Shown one piece after another: positions 61,642 to 64,000 of a DNA stretch of 64,000 nt (positions are counted from its first letter, which is position 1; every line of letters starts with the position of its first letter). The notes under the pieces are model-generated. The model searched no databases, had not been told where the DNA came from, and saw only the letters and a list, made by a program, of their open reading frames with translations. The position numbers were made by a program, and so were the translations under genes. The stretch is from a virus (Duplodnaviria > Caudoviricetes), in IMG/VR virus record IMGVR_UViG_3300010163_000006, positions 91,672 to 155,671 of that record. One strand, given 5' to 3'.

Positions 61642-62682
61642 TTATGAAAAGTAGTTTTTTGAACCGTCTCCATAGAATTTCGTATAATGCGGAAACATGG
61701 ATTGGTTCTCAAAGTAGTATTCAACTGCTGATATGCAGCTGTCGGTTACATTCGAGTTATATGACGAATTTGCATAATATGATGCGAATTGTCCCGGAGC
61801 AGTTATGACATTATAGATAGTATTGTCTCTGCCATAACCCTGCCAACCTCCGTCATAGTACCTGTTCATTACAACGGCAACAACACATGCCTTGTCGTAC
61901 TGGCTAACCCAGTCGCTACCGTATTCTCCACCCACAACGTTGCACAACATAATTCTCTCGGTTTCAGTAATATAATTGAGAGATGTTGTACCACTCGTGT
62001 TTGTTACCGGCTGCGTTGTAACAGGTTCTACGTACTGTTCAACAATCTCAATGTCAGGATCGCATTCAGTGCATTTACGTGATTCGATTCCCTCGGTTGA
62101 ATCAATCTCATAACATGAACTGTCTGTCCATCGACATGTTGATCGGTGAACATATTTTGTTGAGGGTTTGTACACGATATATTCTTCTACCGGAGTATCG
62201 TCTTCCTCATATGTATCAACATCAACAGCCGCAAAGCATGCTACAGCATAATCATCAGTGGGAATATCTGCATCATTATATTCCTCTGTATAATCACCAC
62301 TGTTACATTCAGCAACCGTTGTGTTAGCCTCAGTCTTTACCTCAGTTGTCATTTTCAACGAGGATGATGCCGTTGTCTTAACAGTTGTAGTCTTAGTAGT
62401 TGCGGTTGTTAAAACCTTTGCCGATTTTAGAGATGTGGTAGACAACTCCGTTGTTGTACATGTTGTGGTAGTTATTGTTTCCGGAACAGCCGTTCCATCA
62501 ACCGACGGAGCCGTTGTTGCTCCAAATACTGTAATGGTTGACAATGCAATTACAGCAACCATTCCAAGTATTACACCAAGACATGTATCTTTTCTGTAAC
62601 GGAATATGTCAGCCAATCTCTTTCGACTGACACCCTTCTTGTTATCGTTCTCCTCGTTATAAAATTTCTTCATTTTAAACAT
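61642..62682 (-). CDS. Membrane-anchored SleB-like (Hydrolase_2) cell wall hydrolase
   Basis: N-terminal TM, Thr-rich linker, H-x3-C...CxxC module, LCNVVGGE...VVAVVMNR...TIYNVITAPGQF. Confidence 0.8.
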   Translation of the reverse strand: MFKMKKFYNEENDNKKGVSRKRLADIFRYRKDTCLGVILGMVAVIALSTITVFGATTAPSVDGTAVPETITTTTCTTTELSTTSLKSAKVLTTATTKTTTVKTTASSSLKMTTEVKTEANTTVAECNSGDYTEEYNDADIPTDDYAVACFAAVDVDTYEEDDTPVEEYIVYKPSTKYVHRSTCRWTDSSCYEIDSTEGIESRKCTECDPDIEIVEQYVEPVTTQPVTNTSGTTSLNYITETERIMLCNVVGGEYGSDWVSQYDKACVVAVVMNRYYDGGWQGYGRDNTIYNVITAPGQFASYYANSSYNSNVTDSCISAVEYYFENQSMFPHYTKFYGDGSKNYFS

Positions 62683-62975
62683 CCTTTCTTGAAGTTGGGG
62701 TTTACTCGTTTACGACGTTGGATATATAAATTTGGATTTACCCAACGCTTAGACCAATTGGACCTTTCCGTCTCGTCTGGCGTTAAAATGCACATACACA
62801 TTTAAAACTGATAGGATTACCTGGTTTCAATGAGCTTTTATGCTCACAATCCACCATATCTTATTGTTATGAGATCCAGCTCTTTTATTCAAAACACGAT
62901 GGTAAGATGTGATGTTATGAGGCACATTGGAGCCTGCATAAAATCAATCAAATAATAGGAAAGGAAAAGTGAATT

Positions 62976-63440
62976 ATGGATACCGCACAAATGATTATCG
63001 CTATAATCACTGCAGTACTGGGCTCTGGTGGAATTGCAACAGTCGTAACATCTCTGATTAGTTCAAAGAAGTATAAAGCTGAAGCAAGCATGCTTGAACA
63101 GCAAGCAGAGTCTGCCCGGAAAGAATCTGAACAGAAAATGAATGAGTACATACGTACCCAATTAAAAGAACTTTCCGACACACATAAGCAGGAGTCAGAT
63201 GAACTCCGCCGACAAAACAGAGAACTTGGGGACAAGATAGCAGTTCTCAATAACAGGATCAACCAGTTGATGTCGTGGGTTGTTGTTGATAACAACTCAT
63301 ACAAAAATTGGTTGGAAAATGAATTGAGAAAACTGAAACCCGATATCGAATTCCCAAAATGTCGTCCTGCTCCTGGATTTACAGGTACTGAGTTTAATGA
63401 TGAAGAACATCATATAGAATCCTCAGATGACGATCAATAA
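62976..63440 (+). CDS. Membrane-anchored coiled-coil protein (possible lysis accessory)
   Basis: N-terminal IITAVLGSGGIA helix followed by heptads. Confidence 0.6.
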   Translation: MDTAQMIIAIITAVLGSGGIATVVTSLISSKKYKAEASMLEQQAESARKESEQKMNEYIRTQLKELSDTHKQESDELRRQNRELGDKIAVLNNRINQLMSWVVVDNNSYKNWLENELRKLKPDIEFPKCRPAPGFTGTEFNDEEHHIESSDDDQ

Positions 63441-63471
63441 TTTACATAAGCAGGGGCATTTTGCCCCTGCT

Positions 63472-63792
63472 TCATTTGTTCTTTTGATCTCTGATTTCTT
63501 CAACCGTCTTTAGTATATTATCGAGTTGCTCTGTATTACAATAACGATGTCGCTTAAGTTGTGTAGCTATCTCATATGCATCATCTACAATTGCATCATT
63601 CAATTTCTTCATGGTGATTTTATAAGTAAACCACAATATTGCAATCATAAAAATCAGCACACATACATCTATGAACATTACTACAAAATTGATTTCTTCA
63701 TCTACAGTAGATATTATCGTAAATAATACGAATGCTATTATAAATGTAATTAAGTACGTTTTGAATAGCCTCTTTATTGTTTTCATTCTCAT
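63472..63792 (-). CDS. Hypothetical two-TM protein
   Basis: AAAGGAG RBS; promoter copy at about 63849-63870. Confidence 0.65.
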   Translation of the reverse strand: MRMKTIKRLFKTYLITFIIAFVLFTIISTVDEEINFVVMFIDVCVLIFMIAILWFTYKITMKKLNDAIVDDAYEIATQLKRHRYCNTEQLDNILKTVEEIRDQKNK

Positions 63793-63885
63793 AGATACAT
63801 CTCCTTTCTTTTTATTTGATGGATTCGGGTTCCTGATTCCATCTTATGAATAATATGTATATTAAAATTTAATATATTATGAGTT

Positions 63886-63958
63886 ATTTTTCTATGCTAC
63901 CTTATTATTTATGCTACAATTCCTATTATTTTAATTCTTCAAATATATATTATTATAG
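63886..63958 (+). promoter_or_regulatory. Phage early-type promoter, long form, pointing out of the window
   Basis: ttttctatgctacc...cctattatttt...aaatatatattattatagtg is the reverse complement of the 1074/34171 motif. Confidence 0.7.
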
Positions 63959-64000
63959 TGAATAAAGGAATAGCAATATGCTTCCTTTAACGAAATTACC

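Noticed and set aside
62683-62940. c-di-AMP (ydaO) riboswitch
   Set aside because: Only loose resemblance; the conserved GCTGAA / GGGGTGAAT / GTCAGCTAAC blocks are not present
1-64000. Alternative genetic code (stop-codon reassignment)
   Set aside because: Very long intact ORFs under the standard code, all three stop codons used at gene ends, and no suppressor tRNA seen

Overview
AT-rich 64 kb segment of a jumbo phage genome of the phiKZ/AR9-like type, probably infecting a Firmicute (Clostridia-like RBS spacing, holin, SleB-type hydrolase, DUF4406- and FlbD-like genes; host assignment is inference). Core genes: three split multisubunit RNA polymerase subunits (beta' N-part with NADFDGD, beta, beta' C-part), a family-B DNA polymerase fragment, ThyX, a DHH phosphoesterase, a tail-fibre cluster, a holin, and a tRNA cluster containing degenerate tRNAs. 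Small minus-strand genes sit behind a repeated ATATATATTATT promoter, and plus-strand virion genes are interleaved between them with GC-rich hairpin terminators. The standout is at 1.45-4.70 kb: a stand-alone RAMP/Cas7-like gene (1935-2567, minus) with two non-coding arrays (about 0.47 kb and 1.53 kb) built from a 5-nt periodic NNNGY code punctuated by 6-nt NNNGGY steps. No CRISPR repeats or other cas genes occur in the window, so this is a candidate non-CRISPR RNA-guided system. Also notable: a two-copy covarying ncRNA with palindromic loops in the tRNA cluster, a sigma4-alphaCTD fusion protein, a stand-alone NrdD glycyl-radical tail protein, and several structured intergenic RNAs. All protein calls come from motif recognition by eye; no searches were run.
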